Assembly: GCF_004010195.1 (NCBI RefSeq) | Contig: NC_057719.1 | Location: forward strand, 89,798,959 to 89,841,740 | Origin: Chiloscyllium plagiosum | Lineage: Eukaryota | Direction of reading: 5' to 3' | Length of the DNA stretch: 42,782 nt | Shown: one piece after another, positions 11,595 to 22,830 of the stretch | How positions within the stretch are numbered: the stretch's first letter is position 1 | Layout: each line of letters starts with the position of its first letter | The notes under the pieces: generated by a model | What the model saw: the letters and a program-made list of their open reading frames with translations, nothing else | What the model was told of the DNA's origin: nothing | Database searches by the model: none | Made by a program: the position numbers and the translations under genes

Positions 11595-13140
11595 TAGTCA
11601 GAGTCCTACAGCATAGAGACAGGCCCTTTGGCCCAAACTGGTCCACGCTGATCAAAATGTCCACCTACACTAACCCCGTTTTCCTGCAATTGGCCCATAT
11701 CCTTCTAAACCTTTAATACCCATGTATTTGTCCAAATACCTTTTAAATGTTAATGTACCTACTTCAACAATTTTTGCTGGCAGCTCATTCCGTATACATA
11801 CCTCGCTCTGTGTAAAACGTTGCCCCTCCGGTTCCTTTTTACTGTTTCCCCTCTCCCCTTAAATTGATGTCCTCTAGTCCATGATTCCCCAACTCTTGGG
11901 GGAAAAAGACTGAATGCATTCACCTTATCCATGCCTCTTACAATCTTATACACTTCTATAAGATCCTCAGTCTCCTGTGCTCTAAAGAAAAACGTCTTCG
12001 CTTGTCCAACCTCTCCTTGTAACCCAGACCCTTGAGTCCTAGTAACATCCTTGTAAATTTCTTCCGCACCCTTTCCAGTTTCATAACATCCTTCCTATAG
12101 CAAGGTGACCAAAACTGAACACAATACTCCAAATGTGGCCCCACCAACATCCTGTATAACTGCAACATAACTTCTCAACTTCCATACTCAGTGGCCTGAC
12201 TGATGAAGGCCAGTGTGCTCAAAGCTGCCTTCACTGTCCTGTCCACCTGTGACTCCACTTTCAGAGAACCTGCGCTTCAAGGTCCCTCTGTTCCACTACA
12301 CTCCTTAAGGCTCTACCATTCACCACAAAGCTCCTGCCTTGAATTGACTTTCCAAAATGCAAGACCTCACACTTATTTATATTAAATTCCATTTGCCATT
12401 TCTTGGTCCACCTCTCCAGCTGATCAAGGTCCTGCTGCAATTTCTGAGAACCTTCCTCACTGTCCACAATATATTTTATTTTAGTGTCATCTGAAAATTT
12501 ACTAATCATGACTTGTACATTCTCATTCAAATCATTGATGTAGATAACAAACAACAATGGGCCCAGCAATGACCCCTGAGACACTCCACTAGTCTGACAA
12601 GCATCCTTCCACTATTATCCGCTACCTCCTACCATCAAGCCAATTGTGTGTCCAATTTGTCAGCTGCCCCCTGGATTCCAAAACAGACAAGCAGGACACT
12701 GGAAGAACACAGGAAGCCAGGGTTGCATCAGGAGGTGGACAAGTTGACGTTCTGGGTATAACCCTTCTTCAGGATTCCAATTTTTTTTTTATTGGTCTAT
12801 TTCCCCACCAGATTCCATGCATTCTAATGTTCCAAATGGTAGGCTGCTCTGGAACCTTATCAAAGGCCTTACTGAAATCCATATATACTACATTTACCAC
12901 CCTGCCCACTTCAACTTTCCTAGTCACTTCGCCAAAGAGCTCAACAAATTTGCAAGCATGATCTCCCACGCACAAAGCCATGCTGACTGCTCCTAATCGA
13001 GCCCTGTCTTTCCAAATGCATGTATACCTTATCTCTCAGAATCTTCTCAAATAACTTACTGCCAACAGATGTTAGGCTTACTGGTCTATAGTTCCCAGGT
13101 TTTTCTTTGCAGCCTTTCTTGAATAAGTGTGTCACCTTTG
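11595..13140 (-). mobile_element. CR1 LINE (RT and 3' end)
   Basis: - strand ORFs PGNYRPVSLTSV, VYMDFSKAFDKVP, QGSLLGPLLFVIYINDL..KFSDDTK, HLEYCVQFWSP; 3' terminus acagcatagagacaggccctttggccc. Confidence 0.9.
12682..12780 (-). mobile_element. Penelope-terminus insertion (variant subfamily, degenerate hammerhead)
   Basis: - strand CTGAAGA-A-GGGT-TAT-ACCC-AGAACGTC; GGATTCCAA repeated at 12673-12681 and 12772-12780; interrupts the CR1. Confidence 0.6.
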
Positions 13141-13149
13141 TTATTTGCT

Positions 13150-13500
13150 ACTTAAGGGCCAGACAATGACCACCTCCAACAAGACAGTATCTTGACCGAG
13201 ACATTCCGTGGCATTACCATGACTAATTTCCCCAGTATCAATATTTTGGGAGTTATAATTGATTAGAAACTGGATGACTATTATTGATACTGTGGCTATA
13301 GAAGCAAGTTCAGGGTTGGGAGTAACTCACCTCTCCTCTCCTCCATCTACAAGTCAGAAGTGTGATAGAATACTCCCCAATTGCCTGGATAAGTGCAAAT
13401 CCAGCGACGTTATAGATGCTCGAACCATCCAAGACAAAGCAGCCCATTTGATTGATGCTTCCCTCCATCACTAACACTGAGTAGCAGCATTGTATGTCCT
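13150..13500 (+). mobile_element. Old CR1/L2-clade LINE fragment
   Basis: ccatctacaagtcagaagtgtgatagaatactcccc...accatccaagacaaagcagcccatttgattg: RT C-terminal remnant of the family seen at 4375-5225. Confidence 0.5.
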
Positions 13501-14209
13501 ATCTGTGGGAAGCGCTCACTTAGTAAAACTGAGGAAATGAGAAGATTAAAGGACACAGCATTTCTGAATAACCCTCCAATTCATTCTATTCAAGCAAAAC
13601 ATTCTGTTTTCAGCATTTCAAATTTAGAAGATTTTTAAAAATTTAAATAAAAACCTTGTAATTCTACACAAAATATTCTCCTCAGTCCTTCATTAGATTG
13701 CCACTTACATTTAAGCTGTCAGTGGTTTTATTTTTGGATTAACACAAGTCGGAAACTAAGGTTTTCCTTACCTTCCCACTATTCTGCCCTGTCCGAACTC
13801 TCTCGTGCTGTTACAGTTTTTGCCTTTGATCATGAGGAAACCCAGATCCCACTCCACTGAAATATTTTGAAAACCAATGAGCAAACTTGCCTAGCTACTG
13901 TCTGCCTGTTCACAAAAGTAAGATGGGCTTTGCTTCTCAAAGAGGAGGATAACAAATGTTGCCCCCTTGTTCAAGAAGGGGAGTAGAGACCACCTTGGTA
14001 ATTATAGACCAGTGAGCCTTACTTGGTTATGGATAAAGTGTTGGAAAAGGTCATAAGAGATAGGAGTTATAATCATCTAGAGAGGAATAAGTTGGTTAGG
14101 GATAGTCAACACGGTTTTGTGAAGGGTAGGTCATGCCTCACAAACCTTTGAGTTTTTTGAGATAGTGGCCAAACAGGTGAATGAGGGTAAAGCAATTGAT
14201 TGTAGTATA

Positions 14210-15022
14210 CAGGAGGACCATGATTATCCAAACGAGATGGGCAGGCACTATTTCGTTCGGATAATCGATAATTTGGTTAATCAATTTAAATGCCTTTTCT
14301 CTGGGGCTCGGAGTTTTTAAAGTCTGCTCCCCATTCAGAAGACTGCAGCAGCACACAACGCACGAGGCCCCGTCCGACAACGTCCTCCTCCTGCCCCCAA
14401 CCCCGTGCAACACCATCTCCTGCCCCCAACACTGCCCCTCTCCGCGGCAGCTGGAACGGACACCAACAACAAGACTGCTGCAGTTGCCTTTATGGGGTAA
14501 GTCTCCAAATAATGCGCACACAGCCACAGCCCCCCACACAACTTTTTACTGTAACGTTTTGACAGGTTCCACCTTTGAGGAGAAAGTGAGGACTGCAGAT
14601 GCTGGAGATCAGAGCTGAAAATGTGTTGCTGGAAAAGTGCAGCAGGTCATGCAGCATCCATTCGGGCTCATGTCTGAAACATCGATTCTCCTGCTCCTTG
14701 GATGCTGCCTGACCTGCTGCGCATTTCCAGCAACACATTTTTCAGCAGGTTCCACCTTTGCCCTGTACAGGACAGTGTTGGAGAGATTATCTGAGGAAGG
14801 GGGGGCTTTAGGGTACATCCCTGTGTAGAACTCCAGGGAAAGTGCAGGGAGAGAGAGGGCGGGAGGTCCGTCATTTGGAGACGGTGCCTGTTTAATCACT
14901 AAACAAAAGTCGCAATCACTGGAAACATATCTTTGATGCAATGTTTCCATTGGGACCGAGAGATCTCCTTCGGATAATCCAATTTTCAGATAATTGGTAT
15001 TCAGATAATTGAAGTTCCTCTG
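14210..15022. mobile_element. Tc1/mariner (Tigger/pogo-like) non-autonomous DNA transposon
   Basis: TA TSD (14208-9, 15023-4); imperfect TIRs CAGGAGGACCATGATTATCC / CAGAGGAACTTCAATTATCT; removal restores CR1 codons V-V-Y-M-D-F-S. Confidence 0.8.
14578..14745. mobile_element. Palindromic Penelope-terminus insertion (hammerhead 5' core lost)
   Basis: 15-bp TSD CAGGTTCCACCTTTG (14563-14577, 14746-14760); inverted arms; remnant GGGCTCATGTCTGAAACATC. Confidence 0.85.
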
Positions 15023-15618
15023 TATATGGATTTCAGTACTGCGATTGAAAAGGTTCCCTTTGGTAGGCTATTGCACAAAATACAGAGGCATGTTATTGAG
15101 GGTGATTTAGAAATTTGGATCGAAATTAGTTAGCTGTAAGAAGACAGAGGGTGGTGGTTGATGGGAAATGTTCATCCTGGAATTCAGTTACTAGTGGTGT
15201 ACCGCAATCATCTGTTTTGGGGCCACTGCTGTTGGTCATTTTTATAAATGATCTGGATGAGGGCATAAAGGATGGGTTAGTAAATTTGCGAATGACACTA
15301 AGATCGGTAGAGTTCTGGATAGTGCTGAAGGATGTTGCAGGTTACAGAGAGGCATAGCTAAGCTGCAGAGATGGGCTGAGAGGTGGCAATTAGAGTTTAA
15401 TGTGGAAAAGTGTGAGGTAATTCACTTTGGAAGGGAAACAGGAATACAGAGTACTGGGCTCATGGTAAGATTCTTGGTAGTGCAGATGAGCAGAGAGATC
15501 TGTGTCCATGTGCATAGATCCCTGAAAGTTGCCACCCAGGTTGATAGGGTTGTTAAGAAGGTGTACAGTGTGTTAGCATTTATTTGTAGAGGGATTTGAG
15601 TTTCAGAGCCACGAGGTC

Positions 15619-15930
15619 ATGCTGCAGCTGTACAAATCTCTGGTGTGGTCGCACTTGGAGCATTGTGTTTGGTTCTGGTCACCGCATTATAGGAAGGATG
15701 TGGAAGCTTTGGAAAGGGTTCAGAGGAGATTTACTAGGATGTTGCCTGATATGGAGGGAAGGTCTTATGAGGAAATGCTGCAGCTGTACAAAACTCTGGT
15801 GTGGTCGCACTTGGAGCATTGTGTTTGGTTCTGGTCACCGCATTACAGGAAGGATGTGGAAGCTTTGGAAAGGGTTCAGAGGAGATTTACTAGGATGTTG
15901 CCTGATATGGAGGGAAGGTCTTATGAGGAA
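15619..15930 (+). repeat. Tandem duplication, 2 x 156 bp, inside CR1 ORF2
   Basis: Units 15619-15774 and 15775-15930, 2 differences seen; peptide MLQLYK..SYEE repeated in frame. Confidence 0.95.
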
Positions 15931-16330
15931 AGGCTGAGGGACTTGAGGCTGTTTTTGTTAGGTTGAGCAGTGACTTAATTGAGACATACAAGATAATCAG
16001 AGGGTTAGATAGGGTGAACAGTGAGAGCTGGATGGTGATGGCTGGAATGAGGGGACATATCTTTAAATTGAGGGGTGATAGATATAGAACAGATGTCAGA
16101 GGTAGTTTCTTTACTCAGAGAATAGTGGGGTGTGGAACGCTCTGCCAGCAACAGTAGTAGACTCCTAAGTTTAAGGGTATTTAAATGGTCATTGGATAAA
16201 CATAAGGATGAAAATGGAATAGTGTAGGATAGCTAGGCTTCAGATTGATTCCACAGGTCAGCACAACATCGAGGGCCGAAGGGCCTGTACTGCCGTGTAA
16301 TATTTTATGTACTAAGATTATCAGTGCTAA

Positions 16331-16550
16331 GTATTAAGGGAATCTGCAGCTTGTTTGCAGATGATTTCAAAAATAACTACCTGTACCTCCAGCACATATG
16401 CCTATATTTAGTTAGGATTGGAATCCCTTTCTATACTGTTCTCGGGCATACTCAAAAACAAATGGTTTGCTTTAAATTTGAAGGAATTGTGGATGTAGTA
16501 CTTTGACAGAATTTTCTCCTCTTACATCTCCGCATTGCAAGCTTTACCTT
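16331..16550 (+). repeat. Dispersed direct duplication, copy 1 (partner 17524-17750)
   Basis: gtattaaggg...aaaataactacctgtacctccagcaca...ttaaatttgaaggaat...actttgaca shared with 17524-17750. Confidence 0.85.
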
Positions 16551-17523
16551 CCATCAGCGGAGTGATGAAAGAGATGACAGCATGATTAGTGGCATTTTCA
16601 AAGGAATGATTCCTCATGCTAATTTGGATTAATTTGTTTAGTTTAGTTGTACAGATTTTTGTTTTACACTATGAAATACACTGCAAGGCTTTAATCAAGA
16701 TAAGTGAAGAGTTTCTTATCCCAAAGGGATTAAAAATGCAGTATTTTGAGCAAAGAGTACAGTGTTTTGAGCTAATTAGGCAGTTCCTTTAAAAATTTGG
16801 ATGGCTTGTTTTGCCTTTCTATATAAAATACCATGATGCTGCAGACTAAGATATAGGCAAACAATGGGCTGTGGATAGAGTCAGCTGCTGTAGTTGGCTT
16901 TGTTTGCTCCTTGCTGGGAAAGAGGTGGCTGTATGTCTGACTACATCGTACCTAATATTCAGTTTTGAAGGTGACTTTGTCCCTGAAATCTGGCTGTATT
17001 TGTATTCCAGCTTGTAGTGCCAATGCATCATGCTGCTTTTGGGCATCTATAGGGAAAATCATGTTTTCTGTTAGGTAAATAACCCTGTTTTAATGGTTTT
17101 TGCTGAAATATTTCTGCTGTCTTTTTCTCTTTCCATTGATATTATTTTGTTGGCTGCTTTGTTTTTGGCTAATTTAATCTTTCTTTTTACTATGCTTGAC
17201 AGATTTGTTTTGTCTTCTGACAGAATCTGTTACGTGCGCAGATGACAGATTGCTCTGTTACAGCTGGGTTATTCTAGTATTGGGACCCCAGGGAGAGGAA
17301 GAGTTAGGGCAGCATTTCTGCCTGAGTTGAGAGCATATTCTGAAATAGATGCAATCCTCGGCTTAAGAATGTTTCGCAAGCATTTCTATTTTACAATTTG
17401 CTGAGCAAAGTCATAGCACTTAAAGTGCAGGTGACAATGTGAAACATTATACATTTGTTCCAGAATCAGTAGTTATGGATTTTGTTCATCAAAAAGATTA
17501 TGGAATGCTATACTATATTCATT

Positions 17524-17750
17524 GTATTAAGGGACCCCCTCTGCAACATGTTTGCACATGATTTAAAAAATAACTACCTGTACCTCCAGCACATGTGCCT
17601 ATACTTAGTATAGAAAGGGATTTCAATCTTAACTATTTTCAAAACAAAACACGTGCCTTAAATTTGAAGGAATGCTGTGTGTAATATTTGTAATACTTTG
17701 ACACAATTTTCTCTTCTTCATGCATCTCTGCATTACAATCTTTATCTTTG
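17524..17750 (+). repeat. Dispersed direct duplication, copy 2, with 28-bp internal inversion
   Basis: Same block as 16331-16550; 17607-17634 is the reverse complement of 16410-16437 apart from 2 substitutions. Confidence 0.85.
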
Positions 17751-18706
17751 TTGCCATGGTGATTGTTTCCTCATTCCTTTGAAGCCCCAGGATAATGATG
17801 CCCCGCATGCTGCTCTTCTCTCCCAGCACAGCACAATTTTCAGCTTTTACTTAACAATAGAACACGTCCCTTGTTGTCTCTTCATCTTTCCTGCTGTACT
17901 CTTCAGGCCTTTAAAAATAGATGTCACCGATCCTCCATAGTTTGTTTGATTTACCTTTCTTAACACCGCACCAATTCTGTGTTTTTGTATTTTAAAGTTA
18001 AAAGTTTATTACACAGGCAGGAACAGTGTAGGATGTGATATTCCACAAGGTTTGGTGCTTGAACCACAGTTTGTAATGTTATAATAAATGATTTACAATC
18101 TAATTTACAAACAAAACCAAATACAAGGAAGACTTTGACAGATCTAAAAATCCATCAGTAAATGTACAGAATGGTACTCACCTATCCAAGGGATTTTCAA
18201 TATAATGTTATAGTCCCAGCTGACTGTATTATAAAGCAAGTCCTATTTCAGAATGAAAACTAACTTGATAGATGTTGTTTTCATTTAGTTGGTTAAGGTT
18301 GTGATCAGTCACTGAGGTGTTGACAAATGCGTGCAGATTTTCTTTAACAGAACATTTTTAACACAAACAAAATATATCACAACAAGCTATCTAAATATAA
18401 AAGACTCTTTAAATGATGTCACCACCACCACAAAATAAAGTTTCAATCTATTTCTTGATGCTATCCATTACAGAGATTCTATTCAGAGAATTTACACCTC
18501 TATCTCAACTATTCACCTGACTCCTGATCATTTCTTTACTGTGGACTGCAGATAGTTTGAGTCCTTTTCCAAATCTGCTGACATGCTTCAACTTTCTCAT
18601 GGCTAATAACTGCAGATTTCTAATCAACTTTTCTGCGGAGATGACTTATTCCCTGAATTCTCCCAGGATAGAAGTGAAATTGGCCTCTAAAGTCAACACT
18701 GGTTTT

Positions 18707-18731
18707 CTGAACTGAACTGAACTGAACTGAA
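18707..18731 (+). repeat. (CTGAA)5 microsatellite
   Basis: ctgaactgaactgaactgaactgaa. Confidence 0.9.
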
Positions 18732-20053
18732 GTCAAAGCTAATGGCCGTGTAAGTTTACCCTGTCTGTTGTAAGCCAACAGTTAAAACCCCTTTCCACAA
18801 ACATCAAAGATTTATGATCATCTGCTTTCCCACACCTATGAAAATGCTCCATTTTTGTGGGAGGAATATGGAGGTCAATCGAGAAAAATGAAGCCGTGCA
18901 GCAGAGGGATCCAGATGTACAAAAAGTGGCAATATAGATTCATACGACTAATTAATACAAGAAAAGCAAGCTAAGTGCATTAATTTGATTCAATTACCTC
19001 CTGTAATCCTCTGAGCTAGAAGAAATGTCAGTTGTTACCAGAAGGATGGAATTGGAAAAACAGTGCAGTTTTGTTCTGCTTATATGGGATGCAGTGAACA
19101 GTGCTGGCATCTGTGTTATAAGAGAGATAGAGGCACTAAGAAAGATGCAATTAAGATTTACGGGGAGAACTCCAGAACTGATGTTATTCTCTTCAGCAAA
19201 AACTGTTCAGCTTGGGATTGTTTGCTCAAACAAAGAAAAGACTGAGGGTGATTTGATGCTTTTGAAAGGATTTATTAAAGTAGATGTAAAGAAGATTCTT
19301 CACTTTTTTTTTGGGGGGGGGGTGGAGAGACCAAAACTAGTATCATAATGATCCCCTTCAAAGTCAGAATGCTAAAGAATGTGGAACCCATGACTCGGGC
19401 TACCATCGAGGCAGCAATATTCAAGTTAGGGAAAGTAGAGTAAATACAGGAGACTGGAGGGAATATCAGGTCTTATGCAATGGGGTTAAATGAAGAAGGG
19501 TTAAGAATAATTTGTACGATTTAAAAACTGACCTGGATGGGACTTTATGTAATTAATACCATGTAATCAGTTAAATTACAGAATAAACACTCATCAGATT
19601 TCACCTAATTTGCACAAACTAGTGCTAATGCTTATAAATGGTAACAAGGTTTTACAAGTGTCTTGACTATCTTGAAGTTTCTGCCCCATCTCCTTTCACA
19701 TCACTTCTGACTCAACTTGCCCCTGAGACCTAGCTCCTTTTTAACTAGACCACTGACCACTCAACTTCATGGACCCCAAGTTACTGACATCATTAATACT
19801 GTCCTAGAGATGTACAGCATGGAAACAGACCCTTCGGTCTAGTTCTTTCTCCGGAACTAGTCCCCTTCTATTTTAATTTTCTGTCAGCAATACTCACATT
19901 CTTGCAAACTACTGCCTGACACCACCCACCCTGTCCTGTCATGTCTTTGCAGGTGGGGTTGCTTGCTAAGTCTGTGTCCATCTTTTGCAGAGCAACATGT
20001 TTGAACTCCAGTTAGGTTTTATTACTGTAATATATATTTACATTTTTGCGTAG

Positions 20054-20178
20054 AAGGAGAAATCTTGAAAAAGGATGGTGTGTCAGCTGAAGGGACAACA
20101 TTGGAAGCTCTGCTTCGTGGGGAGGCACTGGAGAAAAGAAATGACTCAAAAGATGATGAAGCCTATAGTGAAATTCAG
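20054..20178 (+). CDS. DPF3: DPF3 coding exon 4
   Basis: tttttgcgtag|AA acceptor, CAG|gtcagt donor, 125 nt: EGEILKKDGVSAEGTTLEALLRGEALEKRNDSKDDEAYSEIQ (DPF3-type LKKDG..TTLEALLRGE..EIQ). Confidence 0.93.
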
Positions 20179-20609
20179 GTCAGTCATTTTATTATTTTAG
20201 GTGATGACCAGCTAATTTCAAGGAGGGTAATTGTAATTGATTTTTGTAAATGGAGATATCACCATGAAATATCAGTCTCCTTTCATCATAATATTTACAA
20301 TAAATTTTGATTTTGGGTTTTTTAAAAATATTGTTTTCCCTTTGTACGATATGTCTCCTAATGAGCCTTGTTTGACTATTAGTTGCATGTATGGGCAGTT
20401 TTTCTGTATGGCATTAATCAGTGATTTCCTTGACCTGCCTAACCACGCCCCCCAATTTTCCACTTCATTCTGTCCAGCCGATACAATCTATCCTGTGTCC
20501 TAATTATACTACAGTTGGCTGATTGATACTCTCCACTTCCAGTCCACATCTCAAAATACAATCATTCAGTTAAGGTCTACGAGGGGTGCTAGCCTTCTGC
20601 TGTGTGAGA

Positions 20610-21885
20610 GAGAGCTTTCAATATGTGTATCAGGAATAAAAGAATGACCAGGGAAAGATTAGGGCCAATCATGGACAGTAGTGGGAAGTTAGGAGAAAGT
20701 GAGGACTGCAGATGCTGGAGATCAGAGCTGAAAAATGTGTTGGAAAAGCACAGCAGGTCAGGCAGCATCCAAGGAGCAGGAGAATCGACGTTTCGGGCAT
20801 AAGCCCTTCTTCAGGAAGTAGTGGGAAGTTGTGTATGAAGTCCAAGGAGATAGGGGAAGAGCTAAATTTTTTTTCATCAGTATTCACACTGGAAAAAGAC
20901 ATCAAGAGAAAGATTTACTGCAGCTTCCAAACCCAGCAACTGCTACTGAGAAACTAAAACTAAAAGTCCTGGTTCTGTGGGAGCTTGACCCCACCCATTA
21001 TTCCAACTTTTAAAAAAAAAACACCAAGGCCTCACTGTTTACTCAAGTGGCTCTGAGTAGACCACTTGCTACCTGTCTAGAACATAATACTTCGCAGTAC
21101 AGGCCCTTTGGCCCTCTATATTGTGCCAACCTGTGGAACCAATCTGAAGCCCATCTATCCTACACTATTCCATTTTCATCCATATGACTATCCAATGACC
21201 ATTTAAATGCCCTTAAAGTTGGAGAGTCTACTACTGTTGGAGGCAGTACTGAGATTCAGGATACTAGACTAGATGAGATTGAGATTTACAAGGAGGAGGT
21301 GGAAAGTGTGAAAATAGATAAGTCCCCTGGGCCAGATGGGATTTATCCTAGAATTCTCTGGGAAGCCAGGGAGGACAATGCAGAGCCTTTGGCTTTGATC
21401 TTTGCTCTTTTGTTGTCATTGTCTACAGGAATAGTGTCAGAAAACTGGAGGATAACAAATATTGTCCCCTTGTTCAAGGGGAGTAGAGACCACCCTGGTA
21501 ATTATAGACCAGTAAACTACTTTGGTTGTGGATAAAGTGTTGGAAAAGGTTATAAGGGATAAGTTTTATAATCCTTTTGAGAGGAATAAGTTGATTAGGG
21601 ATAGTCAACATGGATGGTGATGGCTGGCATGAGGGGACATAGCTTTAAATTGAAGGGTGATAGATATAAGACAGATGTCAGAGGTAGTTTCTTTACTCAG
21701 AGTAGTAGGGGCATGGAACGCACTGCCTCCAACTCTCCAACTTTAAGGGCATTTAAATGGTCATTGGATAGGCATCATATGGATGAAAATGGAATAGTGT
21801 AGGACAGATGGGCTTCAGATTGGTTCCACAGGTTGGCACAACATAGAGGGCCAAAGGGCCTGTACTGCGAAGTATTATGTTCTAG
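20610..21885 (+). mobile_element. Internally deleted/rearranged CR1 LINE
   Basis: KIDKSPGPDGIYPRILWE, PGNYRPV, then a jump (gatagtcaacatgg|atggtgatggctggc) to the 3' end; interrupted by a PLE insert and an inverted duplication. Confidence 0.85.
20691..20816 (-). mobile_element. Penelope-terminus insertion with intact hammerhead core
   Basis: 14-bp TSD AGTAGTGGGAAGTT (20677-20690, 20817-20830); - strand CTGAAGA-A-GGGC-TTAT-GCCC-GAAACGTC at 20814-20787. Confidence 0.88.
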
Positions 21886-22095
21886 ACAGGTAGCAAGTAG
21901 TCTACTCAGAGCCACTTGAGTAAACAGCTTGTGAGGTCTTGGTGTTTTTTTTTAAAAGTTAGAATAATGGAAGCAGCCTGAATGGGTGGGGTCAAGCTCC
22001 CACAGAACCAGGACTTTTAGTTTTAGTTTCTCAGTAGCAGTTGCTGGGTTTGGAAGCTGCAGTAAATCTCTCCCTACTACACTCTCTCTTGATGT
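20899..22095. repeat. Local inverted duplication: arms ~20899-21247 and ~21722-22095, spacer ~474 bp
   Basis: Arms are near-identical reverse complements spanning a CR1 3' tail plus ~200 bp of non-CR1 flank (ctcaagtggctctgagtaga / tctactcagagccacttgag). Confidence 0.92.
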
Positions 22096-22279
22096 TTTTT
22101 TTTCCTTCCTGGAGTGGAGAATTACCTACAGCACAGTCTATTTTACAGAATTTGTATTTTGCCAAGGGAACTGTTAAATAATCTATTATTCTGTTAATTT
22201 TTCCAATAGAGTTATTATTCCAAGTTTTTTTTGTACTTTAACTGGAGTGTATGAATACAGAGTATTTTGCTGTAATCTG

Positions 22280-22830
22280 AGCAGTTGACACAGAAGCAGG
22301 AGTAAGCCATTCAGCCCACGAAGACTGCTCTGCCATCCATTTGAGATTGTGGCTCGACTGATGGTCCTTAACTCAATTTTTCTCCCTTTTTCCCCATAAT
22401 TCTTGATTCCCTTACTGATTAAAAATCTAGCTATCTCAATCTTATTATGACCAGCCTCAATAGCCCTCTGATAAAGAATTCCACAAATTCGCTAATGTCC
22501 TGAGAGAAAAAATTCCTCTTACCTTTGTCTTAAATATGCAACTGTTTATTCTGAGATTATTCTCTTTGATCCTGGTCTCTCACAAGGGGGATCAATCTTT
22601 CTCCATCTACCCTGCCAAGTCCTTAAAGAATTTTGCATGTCTCAGTGAGGTCACCTGTAATTCTTCTAAATTCCCAATGTTTACAGGGCCAACCTGCTCA
22701 ACCTCTCCTCATACGATAGTCCCTCCATATGTGGTATCAGCTTATTGACTGCTACCAATGTCAGTATATCTCTAGTTTGATAAGGGGCCACAAGTAATTT
22801 ACAATATTCCGGCTTTGGTCCGACTAGTGC
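22280..22830 (-). mobile_element. Old CR1 3' fragment
   Basis: cacagaagcaggagtaagccattcagccc...agaattccacaaattc, same subfamily terminus as 5230-5500. Confidence 0.65.

Larger units (their letters stand above)
13935..16310 (+). mobile_element. CR1 LINE 3' half containing a nested MITE and an internal tandem duplication
   Basis: GNYRPVSLT, VVYMDFS (split by the MITE), [33 protein letters not shown]; 3' end gagggccgaagggcctgtactg. Confidence 0.9.

Noticed and set aside
14138..14562. GC-rich overlapping ORFs as a transposase or exon
   Set aside because: Interior of a non-autonomous MITE; no DDE or other recognisable motif.
18200..18800. Possible solo LTR (also 34810-35330, 21890-22270) and a LINE tail at ~11090-11200
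   Set aside because: Repeat-like texture, but no confident termini, TSD or family motif; left unannotated.
5666..20816. CRISPR-like or prokaryotic REP/IS interpretation of the recurring palindromes
   Set aside because: Dispersed, TSD-flanked, not regularly spaced, in a spliced vertebrate gene, and homologous to Penelope termini.
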